From an uncultured bacterium (GTDB lineage: Bacteria; Hydrogenedentota; Hydrogenedentia; Hydrogenedentales; JAEUWI01), in contig CAXBPH010000079.1 of the NCBI GenBank assembly GCA_963977445.1, forward strand, positions 1 to 26,835: 26,835 nucleotides of DNA. Direction: 5' to 3'. Below are positions 8,875 to 17,525 of the stretch, piece after piece. Within the stretch, counting starts at the first letter, position 1; each line of letters starts with the position of its first letter. The position numbers and the translations under genes were made by a program. The notes beneath the pieces were generated by a model that saw nothing but the letters and a program-made list of their open reading frames with translations, ran no database searches and was not told where the DNA came from.

Positions 8875-9123
8875 CCCGACGTCCACGATGGAAACAAGCA
8901 TAGATATGAAATTCGGCCGAGATTGACACTACCACCCAACCCAACCCCCTTTTGCATCCATCCCAAACCCTTCGCTACACTATAGTCATGGCAGCACCCC
9001 CGTCTGCCCCGCCGAAGGTCCGCCTCCAATTCCAAATGCGTGCGGACCCTCAGTCCGATTGAAACCTGCATGTCCCGGGGCCGAGTTATGCCTTGGTGCC
9101 CCACCACGATATAAGGTAACCCC

Positions 9124-10755
9124 ATGAGTAAATACAATCTCAAGCCCCTGGCCAACTTCACGCCCTTCGACGGCCCCCTTCTCTTCATCATCATGGACGG
9201 GGTCGGCCTTGGGCCGCAGGATGAGTCCGATGGCGTATTTCTGGCCTACACCCCCACCCTCGACAAGCTCATGGCGGAAGAGCCCCTCTTCACCAAGCTC
9301 AAGGCCCACGGCCTCGCGGTGGGGCAGCCTTCCGACGACGACATGGGGAACTCGGAAGTCGGCCACAATGCACTGGGTGCCGGACGTATCTTCCCCCAGG
9401 GTGCCAAACTCTGTAATGAAGCCATTGCCAGTAAACGGGTCTTCGATGGAGAAACGTGGAAAGCCGTCGTGAAGCGCGCGAAAGATGGCGGCACCGCCCA
9501 TTTCATCGGCCTCTTGTCCGACGGCAACGTACACAGCAACATCCAGCAATTGCTCGACATCCTCGACCAGTGCGTCGTGGAAGGCGTGTCCCGGGTTCGC
9601 TGTCATATCCTCACCGACGGCCGCGACGTGGGTGAGAAATCCGCGCCGGGCTATATCGAAAGCCTCGAAGCCAAACTAACCGAATGCAGCGCCGACGGCC
9701 GGGATTATCGTATTGCCTCCGGTGGTGGCCGCATGTATCTCACCATGGACCGCTATGACGCCGATTGGCCCATGGTGGAACGGGGCTGGAAAACCCACGT
9801 CTTGGGCGAGGGTCGTCAATTCGCGTCCGCCGCCGAAGCCGTCCAGACCTACTACGCCGAAGATGAAACCGTCACCGATCAGCACATCCACGAATTTGTC
9901 ATTGCAGAAGCTGGCAAGCCTGTGGGCACCATCGAAGATGGCGACGCTGTCGTGTTTCTCAATTTCCGGGGCGATCGCGGACTCGAAATTACCCGCTGTT
10001 TTGAAGAGGGCGACGAGTTCACCGAGTTTGACCGGGTACGTCAGCCCGACGTGTATTACGCGGGCATGATGCAATATGACGGTGACCTGAAGCTGCCCAA
10101 GAATTTCCTCGTGCAGCCTTCCAAAATCGATGGCACCATCAGCGAATACCTCTGCGGTGCCGGCGTAAAAAGCTTCGCTATTTCCGAAACCCAGAAATAC
10201 GGGCACGTCACCTACTTCTGGAATGGGAACAAGTCGGGCTACATTTCGGAAGACCTGGAAAAGTTCGTCGAAATCCCGTCGGACAACATGACCTTCGACA
10301 AACGTCCCTGGATGAAGGCCGGTGAAATCACCGACACCCTCCTCGACGCGATTAAGTCGGGCGAATATAAATTCGTCCGGGCCAACATGCCCAATGGCGA
10401 TATGGTGGGTCACACCGGCCATGTCCTGGCGGTGCGTATTTCGGTGGAAGCGGTGGACCTCGGATTGGAGCGGCTGCTGGTGGCGTTGAAAAAAGCGGGT
10501 GGTATCGCGGTTATTACGGCGGACCACGGGAATGCCGATTGTCTCTTTACGGTGAAAAATGGCGTACGCGAAACCCACGTGGCCCACACACTCAACCCTG
10601 TGCCTTTCATCATCAAAGACTATAGCGGCGCCAACACCTTCAAGCTGCGCGACATGGATACGCCCGGCCTGAGCAATGTAGCGGCGACCCTGATTAACCT
10701 GCTGGGCTACGAACAGCCGGAAGAATATGATCCCTCACTGATCGAACTCGCCTGA
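9124..10755 (+). CDS. gpmI: 2,3-bisphosphoglycerate-independent phosphoglycerate mutase
   Basis: MDGVG, MGNSEVGHNALGAGR, SDGNVHS, DGRD, NFRGDR, ETQKYGHVT, DMVGHTG, TADHGNA, HTLNPVP. Confidence 0.97.
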   Translation: MSKYNLKPLANFTPFDGPLLFIIMDGVGLGPQDESDGVFLAYTPTLDKLMAEEPLFTKLKAHGLAVGQPSDDDMGNSEVGHNALGAGRIFPQGAKLCNEAIASKRVFDGETWKAVVKRAKDGGTAHFIGLLSDGNVHSNIQQLLDILDQCVVEGVSRVRCHILTDGRDVGEKSAPGYIESLEAKLTECSADGRDYRIASGGGRMYLTMDRYDADWPMVERGWKTHVLGEGRQFASAAEAVQTYYAEDETVTDQHIHEFVIAEAGKPVGTIEDGDAVVFLNFRGDRGLEITRCFEEGDEFTEFDRVRQPDVYYAGMMQYDGDLKLPKNFLVQPSKIDGTISEYLCGAGVKSFAISETQKYGHVTYFWNGNKSGYISEDLEKFVEIPSDNMTFDKRPWMKAGEITDTLLDAIKSGEYKFVRANMPNGDMVGHTGHVLAVRISVEAVDLGLERLLVALKKAGGIAVITADHGNADCLFTVKNGVRETHVAHTLNPVPFIIKDYSGANTFKLRDMDTPGLSNVAATLINLLGYEQPEEYDPSLIELA

Positions 10756-10885
10756 GTGGAATAGGCATCGCGCCTTACAGGTTACGATAATTTTCGGCCC
10801 GGTAGACACGACAGCGTGTCTGCCGGGCCCTTGCGTATAGCGGGAACGGTGGGCGGCGTTGTTCACACGCCACCCGTAGTTACCC

Positions 10886-11695
10886 CTATTCGGACGAAAT
10901 ACGGTGTTTGAGACGTCGCCGTTCCTCGGCCATTCGTTTTTCCTCTGCGGCGGCCACTTCCGGTGCGCGGGCATCGACCAATTCCTGGAAGGCCATGGCC
11001 CCATCTTCGGCATCGCGGTTGGCATTAAAGCGGGCGATATCTTTTTTCGATCCGTAAACCGACAGGCGGTCGCCCGTGCGCACATAGGTGCCCCCCACGG
11101 GTGAACCCACAAATTCGCTGTTACTCCGCTGAATCGCCAACACGTTGATTCCGATCTGTGAGAGGCGTAGTTCATCCAGTCGTTTACCGATGGGCCAATT
11201 ACCGGGTTCTACATGGAGCTGGGTGACACTGTAGCCCTCCCCCAGCGCCAGCAGGTTGCGGTAATCGTGAACCTCATCCATGGTCCACCGCCGCAGCGCC
11301 CAACCAATGACCCGAAAAAGCTGATCGTCTACCCACTTACTCATGGCCAAAGCGAGCAAAAGACTCAGGCCGGTGGCGAGGTAGGCGAGTCGCACCCAAA
11401 AATCTACCTCGTGCTCATCGGCGGTTGAAGTGAAGGAGGATACGGTGGTGGCAATCACCCCAACGAAACCCACGTTTCCAATCATCATGAGGGAATAGAC
11501 GATGCGCCGTCGCACAGGATGGTTAACGATGGCTTCCGATTCGGTGGTACTGAATCCCGTGGTGCTGAAGGCCGAGCGCGCCTGGAAGCGGGCCATTTCA
11601 CGGGAAAGTCCGGTAAGGGTTAGGGCTACCGCCGCAATCCGGTTCACGACGACCGACAACAGGACAATGATCAACAAGCCAAGCACAGCAGCCAT
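10886..11695 (-). CDS. Membrane protein with an ion-channel-like N-terminus and TrkA-C (RCK_C) domain
   Basis: TGLSREMARFQARSAFSTTGFSTTESEAIVNHPVRRRI family motif and C-terminal GKRLDELRL..VLAIQR..GDRLSVYG; GAGGA RBS before ATG 11695. Confidence 0.88.
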   Translation of the reverse strand: MAAVLGLLIIVLLSVVVNRIAAVALTLTGLSREMARFQARSAFSTTGFSTTESEAIVNHPVRRRIVYSLMMIGNVGFVGVIATTVSSFTSTADEHEVDFWVRLAYLATGLSLLLALAMSKWVDDQLFRVIGWALRRWTMDEVHDYRNLLALGEGYSVTQLHVEPGNWPIGKRLDELRLSQIGINVLAIQRSNSEFVGSPVGGTYVRTGDRLSVYGSKKDIARFNANRDAEDGAMAFQELVDARAPEVAAAEEKRMAEERRRLKHRISSE

Positions 11696-11944
11696 TGTGG
11701 ATGTTCCTCGTTTCTCTGGAGACACTGGGACCGGAAGACCACTCCGGGGTCGCAACATTCTGCCAGTCTGCTGCGTTTGGTTCAACCACGGTGATTTCAT
11801 CCCGCCCGTTGACAAAAATTGTCACCAAAGCGCTGATTGTGGCACCAAATCCCTATTCCGCCCGGCCCCGTCGCTATCCAAACTTTGGGTAACAGGCAGG
11901 GTAAGCTACTTTTGAACAAGTACTTGTGACTTCTGGATCACAAT

Positions 11945-11959
11945 TGGCACGGCCCTTGC
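11945..11959 (+). promoter_or_regulatory. Sigma54 (-24/-12) promoter of the pilin gene
   Basis: TGGCAC-GGCCC-TTGC matches the TGGCAC-N5-TTGC consensus about 100 nt upstream of the pilin ATG. Confidence 0.8.
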
Positions 11960-12061
11960 CTTAGGGTATTCAACAGTTGAAACGAGTTGAGATGGCCGCC
12001 CTGGAGGGTAGTCATTGGTTCTTAAGAGACGTTGTCACCACATCCATTAGGAGGATTCGCC

Positions 12062-12493
12062 ATGAAAAAAGCTACCAAAGGTTTTACGCTGATTGAGTTG
12101 ATGATTGTTGTGGCCATTATCGCCATTATCGCCGCTATCGCCATTCCCAACCTGCTTCGTTCGCGGATGCAGTCCAACGAATCCAGTGCTATCGGTAACC
12201 TGCGCACGGTCGTGGGCTCCGAAGTGGCCTACCACGCCGCCAACTATTCCTACACGGCGGCCTTCGCTGACCTGACCGGCGCAACACCCTCCTTCCTCGA
12301 CGGTAACTGGGATGGTGCCAAGAGCGGGTACAATTTCGTCCTCGGTGGCGATGCCAACAACTTCACGGCCAACGCCAACGCAGTTGCTTATGGCACCACG
12401 GGCGGCAAGGGCTTCTTCACCGATGCCAGTGGCGTAATCCGCTACGCGGCCAGTGCCGATGCCGATGCAGCGAGCACCCCAATTGGTGAGTAA
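12062..12493 (+). CDS. pilA: Type IVa prepilin (probable major pilin)
   Basis: MKKATKG|FTLIELMIVVAIIAIIAAIAIP class III signal with Glu5; AGGAGG RBS; own promoter and terminator. Confidence 0.88.
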   Translation: MKKATKGFTLIELMIVVAIIAIIAAIAIPNLLRSRMQSNESSAIGNLRTVVGSEVAYHAANYSYTAAFADLTGATPSFLDGNWDGAKSGYNFVLGGDANNFTANANAVAYGTTGGKGFFTDASGVIRYAASADADAASTPIGE

Positions 12494-12530
12494 CCACTAA
12501 ATAACTAATGCGCAAGTAGGGTCAGATTCA

Positions 12531-12570
12531 GGGCGGCGAGGCAACAAGCCTCGCCGCCCGATTCTTATTT
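12531..12570 (+). terminator. Terminator after the pilin gene (possibly bidirectional)
   Basis: GGGCGGCGAGGC-AACAA-GCCTCGCCGCCC stem followed by a T-rich tail, between convergent genes. Confidence 0.75.
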
Positions 12571-12598
12571 TCCAGACTTACGTTTCAATTTTCCAGAC

Positions 12599-13456
12599 TT
12601 AAGCGATGTCCAACACCGTATTCATTCGATTGAAGACGTCGGCGAGATGTTCCCGATCACCACTACCTACCTCTGCGGTTGCCCAGCCACGGTAGTTGAT
12701 GGCGGTCAACTCACGTCGGACCGCCTCCCAGTCGATGGAGCCATCACCAATATCGACGTTAAAGCCCTTCCACAAACCTTCATTGTTTTGTTTGTCACGG
12801 CTGTATTCTTTAACATCGAGTTTCTTTATCCGGTTGCCGAGAACGGGAATCCAGTGCTCGGGCCAGGCAAAGCGGACCACATTGCCGATATCGAAATAGG
12901 CACCTACCAGGGGGCTTTCCAGTTCATCCAGATAGCGGGCCATCTCGAGGGGACTGAGTAGAAAGTTGTTCCACACGTTTTCCACGAGAAGCATAATCTT
13001 TTTCTCTTCGGCATAGGGGATTGCCTGCCGAATGATCTGCTGGGTTTCCGTGTAATTTGCGGCATAGGATTTCTCCTCGCTGACCCGCCCGGCCACGATC
13101 AGCACGGAATCACTTCCGTAGAGAAGGGCCCGATCGATAGCACCCGCTATATCCTTTACGGAACCATTCACCACGCCATGGATGGGCAGGCCGCTGGCTT
13201 CACTGGCCGCACGCAATTCTTCCGGTTCCACTTTCTCACCGACCGAAGGCTCGATGCCGTCAAAACCGACGTCTTTCACAAGCTTGAACTTGTCCAGGGT
13301 GGACATGCCGTCGCCTTTGACCATGTTTAACTTCACGGCCTTCTTGATCTTTCCGGTAAATTCGCCGCCATGGGCCGCCGTGGCCATAAGGGCAGATCCG
13401 GCCAATACGGCGCCAGACGTTTTCATAAAATCGCGACGGGTGAACGATTGACTCAT
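12599..13456 (-). CDS. Tat-exported sugar phosphate isomerase/epimerase family (xylose-isomerase-like TIM barrel) protein
   Basis: TRRDFMK Tat motif; GFDGIE, LVENVWNNFL, YFDIGN, LDVKEY, GDGSIDW, TAEV motifs. Confidence 0.88.
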   Translation of the reverse strand: MSQSFTRRDFMKTSGAVLAGSALMATAAHGGEFTGKIKKAVKLNMVKGDGMSTLDKFKLVKDVGFDGIEPSVGEKVEPEELRAASEASGLPIHGVVNGSVKDIAGAIDRALLYGSDSVLIVAGRVSEEKSYAANYTETQQIIRQAIPYAEEKKIMLLVENVWNNFLLSPLEMARYLDELESPLVGAYFDIGNVVRFAWPEHWIPVLGNRIKKLDVKEYSRDKQNNEGLWKGFNVDIGDGSIDWEAVRRELTAINYRGWATAEVGSGDREHLADVFNRMNTVLDIA

Positions 13457-13484
13457 AGAGCGGATACCTTTCTGAGAGGTGGGT

Positions 13485-13519
13485 AAAAAAACGTCCCCGA
13501 GTCATGCGACCCGAGGACG
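13485..13519 (-). terminator. Intrinsic terminator between the Gfo/Idh/MocA and TIM-barrel genes
   Basis: Minus strand CGTCCTCGGGTCGCATGACTCGGGGACG followed by TTTTTTT. Confidence 0.7.
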
Positions 13520-13549
13520 GCGTATCTATAAACTATTCCATTCTGGTGC

Positions 13550-14854
13550 TTACACGAATTCGGTTTCACCGGGACGTGCGATAGGACGGACCGCGAGGTC
13601 GCCCCATTCCAGCGCTGCCGGGGTCAGGTCGAGCTGGGAGTTACTTACTTCTTCCCAGGTCAGGGACTTACCGGTGTAGGCGGAGAGACGACCCATGATA
13701 GCCATCAGCGTGCTGTCGCACATGTATTGGCCGTTGTTGATGGCCTCGCCCTTGCGAATGCTGGCGAAGAGGGCGTTGTGCTCGTTCTGATACATGTCGT
13801 CCGGACCGGAGGGCTTGTGCTGCCACTTGCCCTGGGACTTGGAGTCGATGGTGTGGGATTGGAGTTCACCCACGCCTTCGGTACCGTAAATCCAGTCGGA
13901 AACGTCCGTGCTGGTGCTGGCCCACTGGCGGCAGCTGCTGAAGGCTTTGGTGCCATCGGCCCATTCGTAAACGGTGTTGAAATGGTCGTAGGCATTACCG
14001 AAGATTTCATCGGTGCGTACCACACGGCCGCCGCTGGAAGTAGCCTTTACAGGATAGACGTTGCCCATGACCCAGCCAATTTTGTCGAGGCTGTGGATGT
14101 GCTGTTCGTTGATGTGGTCACCGGAAAGCCAGTCGTGGTAGAGCCAGTTGCGCATCTGGTATTCCATGTCCGACCATTCGGGCTGACGTTCGTGGGACCA
14201 GAGGGCGCCGGTGTTGTAGGTGGTCTGCATGGTAAGGATTTTGCCCACGGCACCATCCTGAATGCGCTTAATCGTGTCCTGCTTGGCGAACTGGTAGCGG
14301 TAGCAGAGGCCGGAAACGAGGGAAAGACCCTTTTTTGCGGCGAGTTTGCTGGTTTCACGGACAGAACGCACACCAACGGGGTCGACCGCGATGGGTTTTT
14401 CGCAGAATACGTGACAATCCCCTTCGATGGCGGCTTTGAGGTGTTCGGGGCGGAAATTCGGGGGGGTGGCGAGTACGATTACGTCACACGCCGCGATAAC
14501 GCCTTTGTAGGCATCGAATCCGACAAATTTGTGGTCGTCGTCGACCATAACACGATCTTCGATGCCACTGCCCGCTGCGGTGAGCTTGGCCAGGCTGGTT
14601 TCCAGGTGATCGGCAAAGGCATCGCCCATGGCAACCAGCTTGGCGTTGGGATCGGCCATGATGGCCTGGCGAATGGCACCGGTGCCGCGACCGCCGCAAC
14701 CGATAAGGCCTACTTTCAATACTTCGTCTTTACTGTCGCCGGCAGCGGCAGCCTTGCTGGATGCCACGTGGAAGGTGGCTGCGGCCGCAACAGCAGCGGT
14801 GCTATTGCGAATGAAGTCACGACGTGAATCGTTCTTACGGGAATCTTTTTTCAT
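13550..14854 (-). CDS. Tat-exported Gfo/Idh/MocA family NAD-dependent oxidoreductase
   Basis: SRRDFIR Tat motif, GLIGCGGRGTGA Rossmann motif, ATPPNFRPEH, HVFCEKPIA, EQHIHSLD; AGGAG RBS before ATG 14854. Confidence 0.92.
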   Translation of the reverse strand: MKKDSRKNDSRRDFIRNSTAAVAAAATFHVASSKAAAAGDSKDEVLKVGLIGCGGRGTGAIRQAIMADPNAKLVAMGDAFADHLETSLAKLTAAGSGIEDRVMVDDDHKFVGFDAYKGVIAACDVIVLATPPNFRPEHLKAAIEGDCHVFCEKPIAVDPVGVRSVRETSKLAAKKGLSLVSGLCYRYQFAKQDTIKRIQDGAVGKILTMQTTYNTGALWSHERQPEWSDMEYQMRNWLYHDWLSGDHINEQHIHSLDKIGWVMGNVYPVKATSSGGRVVRTDEIFGNAYDHFNTVYEWADGTKAFSSCRQWASTSTDVSDWIYGTEGVGELQSHTIDSKSQGKWQHKPSGPDDMYQNEHNALFASIRKGEAINNGQYMCDSTLMAIMGRLSAYTGKSLTWEEVSNSQLDLTPAALEWGDLAVRPIARPGETEFV

Positions 14855-15181
14855 GGACTGGGTCTCCTGACACGCCCCTAACACAGGGCCTTCATTATGG
14901 ATAGGTTGCCTGGCGCATGTTTCAAATGCCTGGAACGACATAGAAATCGCGGTGATCACCGCTGGACATTCATCCAGCATGGAACTGTGATGATAGCGAA
15001 AAATCCCTCGGGGTACAACTTCGCCCCGGACACTTGGTAACCGTGGGTGGTGCTGGTGTACTCTAATTTACGCATTGTTGTAGTGCGCATCGGCTGCCAG
15101 CGCCTGTTCCCGTGTCGTCTCGTAGACCCGTGGCGGGAATGGCCTGACCAATCAAAGCCCGTTGTGGGCGGGAGTTCGAAA

Positions 15182-16444
15182 ATGATCCTTCGTTTGACCT
15201 TAAGTCTCGTAACTGTACTTTCTGTGGCCGGTGCCTGGGGCGAAGCCCAGTGGTACAAAGGGGCCACCCACCTTCACAGCCTCTGGAGCGATGGCGACGC
15301 CGCCCCGGAACATATCATCAAGTGGTATCTGGACAACGGCTGGGATTTTGTTTGTCCCTCTGATCACAACGTGCTGATGGATGGGGAGCGCTATTTCAAA
15401 ATTGAAGACGGCAAGAGACTTTCGCCGGAGCGCGTTGCTGAACTGCAGAAGGAATTCGGTGACGACTGGGTAGAGATTCGGGAAGGCGACGGCGGCGTGA
15501 AAGAAATGCGCCTGAAAACCCTCGCCGACCTGCGGGCTCATTTCGACAAGCCCGGGATCTTCACCCTGGTGCAGGCGGAAGAAATGACGACTATCGGCGG
15601 CAATCCCCATATTAATGCACTGAATCTTCGTGAAGCCGTTCCCGGCCTTAAAAACGAGGGCGCAAAGTCTGATCTGGTGCAGCACTATCTGGACAATATC
15701 GCGGCCCAGAGTGAAAAGTATCAGGTGCCCATGATTGCCCACGTCAATCACATTAACTTTTCCGACCGCATAACGACGGAAGAAATGCTCAAGGTAAACG
15801 GACTCTATTTCTTTGAAGTATACAATGGTCACCCCTCAGTACACAGCTGGGGCATAGCCGACAAGGGGGTGCCCGCTGGTGAACGCCACTGGGACGTCAT
15901 CATGTCCATGAACCAGCGTCGCAATCCCGAATATCTCCTCTACGGCGTGGCAACCGACGACAGTCACAATTACTTCAAGTGGGGTGTGGGCGAATCCAAC
16001 CCCGGTCGCGGCTGGATGATGGTGCGCTCGGAATCCCTGGAAGCCAATGCCCTCGTGGGCGCCATGCAGCAGGGTGACTTCTATGGTAGCTCGGGCGTGA
16101 CGCTCAAGGATCTCACCGTAACCGGCACCTCTCTGGGCATCGCCATCGCGGGCGAAGCGGGTGTGACCTACACCACCCAATACATCGGCACACGAAAGGG
16201 CTTCGACACAGCCACCAAGCCTCAGTTGGACGCCGATGGCAATCCCCTGCCCCGCAGCTCCCTGCTGTATAGCGACGAAATCGGCACGGTACTCCACGAG
16301 ACCACCGACCTGGAGTCGACCTACACCTTTACGGGCGACGAACAGTATGTGCGCGCCCGGGTCGTTTCCGACAAGTTGCAGGACAATCCCCACGAAGAAG
16401 GGGACTACGAAATGGCCTGGATTCAGCCTGTGTTGCCACGCTGA
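15182..16444 (+). CDS. Secreted PHP-domain metallohydrolase (histidinol-phosphatase-like / CehA-McbA-like)
   Basis: Signal peptide, WYKGATHLHSLWSDG, SDHN, AEE, NH, EVYNGH, ATDDSH motifs. Confidence 0.85.
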   Translation: MILRLTLSLVTVLSVAGAWGEAQWYKGATHLHSLWSDGDAAPEHIIKWYLDNGWDFVCPSDHNVLMDGERYFKIEDGKRLSPERVAELQKEFGDDWVEIREGDGGVKEMRLKTLADLRAHFDKPGIFTLVQAEEMTTIGGNPHINALNLREAVPGLKNEGAKSDLVQHYLDNIAAQSEKYQVPMIAHVNHINFSDRITTEEMLKVNGLYFFEVYNGHPSVHSWGIADKGVPAGERHWDVIMSMNQRRNPEYLLYGVATDDSHNYFKWGVGESNPGRGWMMVRSESLEANALVGAMQQGDFYGSSGVTLKDLTVTGTSLGIAIAGEAGVTYTTQYIGTRKGFDTATKPQLDADGNPLPRSSLLYSDEIGTVLHETTDLESTYTFTGDEQYVRARVVSDKLQDNPHEEGDYEMAWIQPVLPR

Positions 16445-16463
16445 TCCCAAAATACGTATGGTT

Positions 16464-16498
16464 ACGGGAGTCCCTCATGGAGAGGGGCTCCCGTTTTT
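16464..16498 (+). terminator. Intrinsic terminator after the PHP gene
   Basis: ACGGGAGTCCCTC / GAGGGGCTCCCGT stem followed by TTTT. Confidence 0.7.
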
Positions 16499-16538
16499 GT
16501 TGTTAACCAGTCCACCAGAGCGTTCCGGGAATTCCATC

Positions 16539-17525
16539 ATGCAGTTACAGAAAACAGGCCTTGCACTTCTATTGCTGACTCTTTGTTGCGGCGCACCAGC
16601 AGAAGAACCGGCGGCGGTCCAGGGCACGTGGACCCGCCTGGTGGAGAACGCCGCGTTTAGTCCGCGAGATACCGCGGAGGGCGTTGTCTTTAAGGGCCGC
16701 TATTGGCTGAGCAACGGGTATTACCACGGCAACGTGCTCCATCGGGATATGTGGTCATCTGCCGATGCGCTGGACTGGACCTTGGAAAATGATGCCACGC
16801 CCTACGATGGCTATAGTGAGTTGGTGGTTTATCAGGATCAGATGTGGGCCATCAAAGGCAGCGTGTGGCGTTCCGTCGATGGAAAAACCTGGACCGAGGT
16901 CTTGGATAAGACCCCCTTTGGCGTTCGTGGCTACGGGGAGGCGGTGGTGTTTCGCGACGCCATCTGGCAATTGGGGAGTGGTGCCGATATCTGGCGCAGC
17001 ACCGACGGGGTCAAGTGGGAGCGCATGGTGGAAGCGGCACCCTATGGGGAGCGGGCGGCGTCGGCGGTGGTGGTTTATCAGGATAAACTGTGGCTGCTCG
17101 GTGGCAAGACGCCGGGCGCCAATGACCCGGTGGAAAAAGGTTATGGTGACACCACCACCCACAACGACGTGTGGTGTTCGGAAGATGGCGTTACCTGGAA
17201 GCAACTTACGGAACATGCACTCTGGTCACCGCGCCAATGGTTTTCCGCCGAAGTATTCGACAATCGCATGTGGGTCTTGGGTGGCTATGACAATGTGAAC
17301 GGCACCAATCTCGGTGACGTATGGTCCAGTGACGATGGCGTCACCTGGCAGCGCTTCGACGGAGCGGAAGGTTTTGCGCCCCGCCACGAGCCCACCACCT
17401 ATGTCCGTGGAAACGATTTCTTTGTCGTGGCGGGCAACACCTGGCCCGTGGTTAATGATGTCTGGCGGCTGGAGCTGGAGCTGGAAACGGGCTCACACAG
17501 CCAACCCACCGGAGGAACTCCATGA
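16539..17525 (+). CDS. Secreted Kelch-like/BNR-like beta-propeller repeat protein
   Basis: Signal peptide; repeats of SPR..VVF..LWLLGG..NDVWxSxDGxTW. Confidence 0.8.
   Translation: MQLQKTGLALLLLTLCCGAPAEEPAAVQGTWTRLVENAAFSPRDTAEGVVFKGRYWLSNGYYHGNVLHRDMWSSADALDWTLENDATPYDGYSELVVYQDQMWAIKGSVWRSVDGKTWTEVLDKTPFGVRGYGEAVVFRDAIWQLGSGADIWRSTDGVKWERMVEAAPYGERAASAVVVYQDKLWLLGGKTPGANDPVEKGYGDTTTHNDVWCSEDGVTWKQLTEHALWSPRQWFSAEVFDNRMWVLGGYDNVNGTNLGDVWSSDDGVTWQRFDGAEGFAPRHEPTTYVRGNDFFVVAGNTWPVVNDVWRLELELETGSHSQPTGGTP

Noticed and set aside
11924..11943. Rex or CRP binding site
   Set aside because: Half-sites match, but the spacer is 8 nt rather than the canonical 6; kept only as an unassigned palindrome
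12062..12493. Electrically conductive (e-pilin) interpretation
   Set aside because: No aromatic residue between mature positions 1 and 50, so the aromatic positions typical of Geobacter-type e-pilins are missing
12567..12602. Short direct repeat ATTTTCCAGACTTA x2
   Set aside because: An isolated 14-nt duplication at a gene end with no element between the copies
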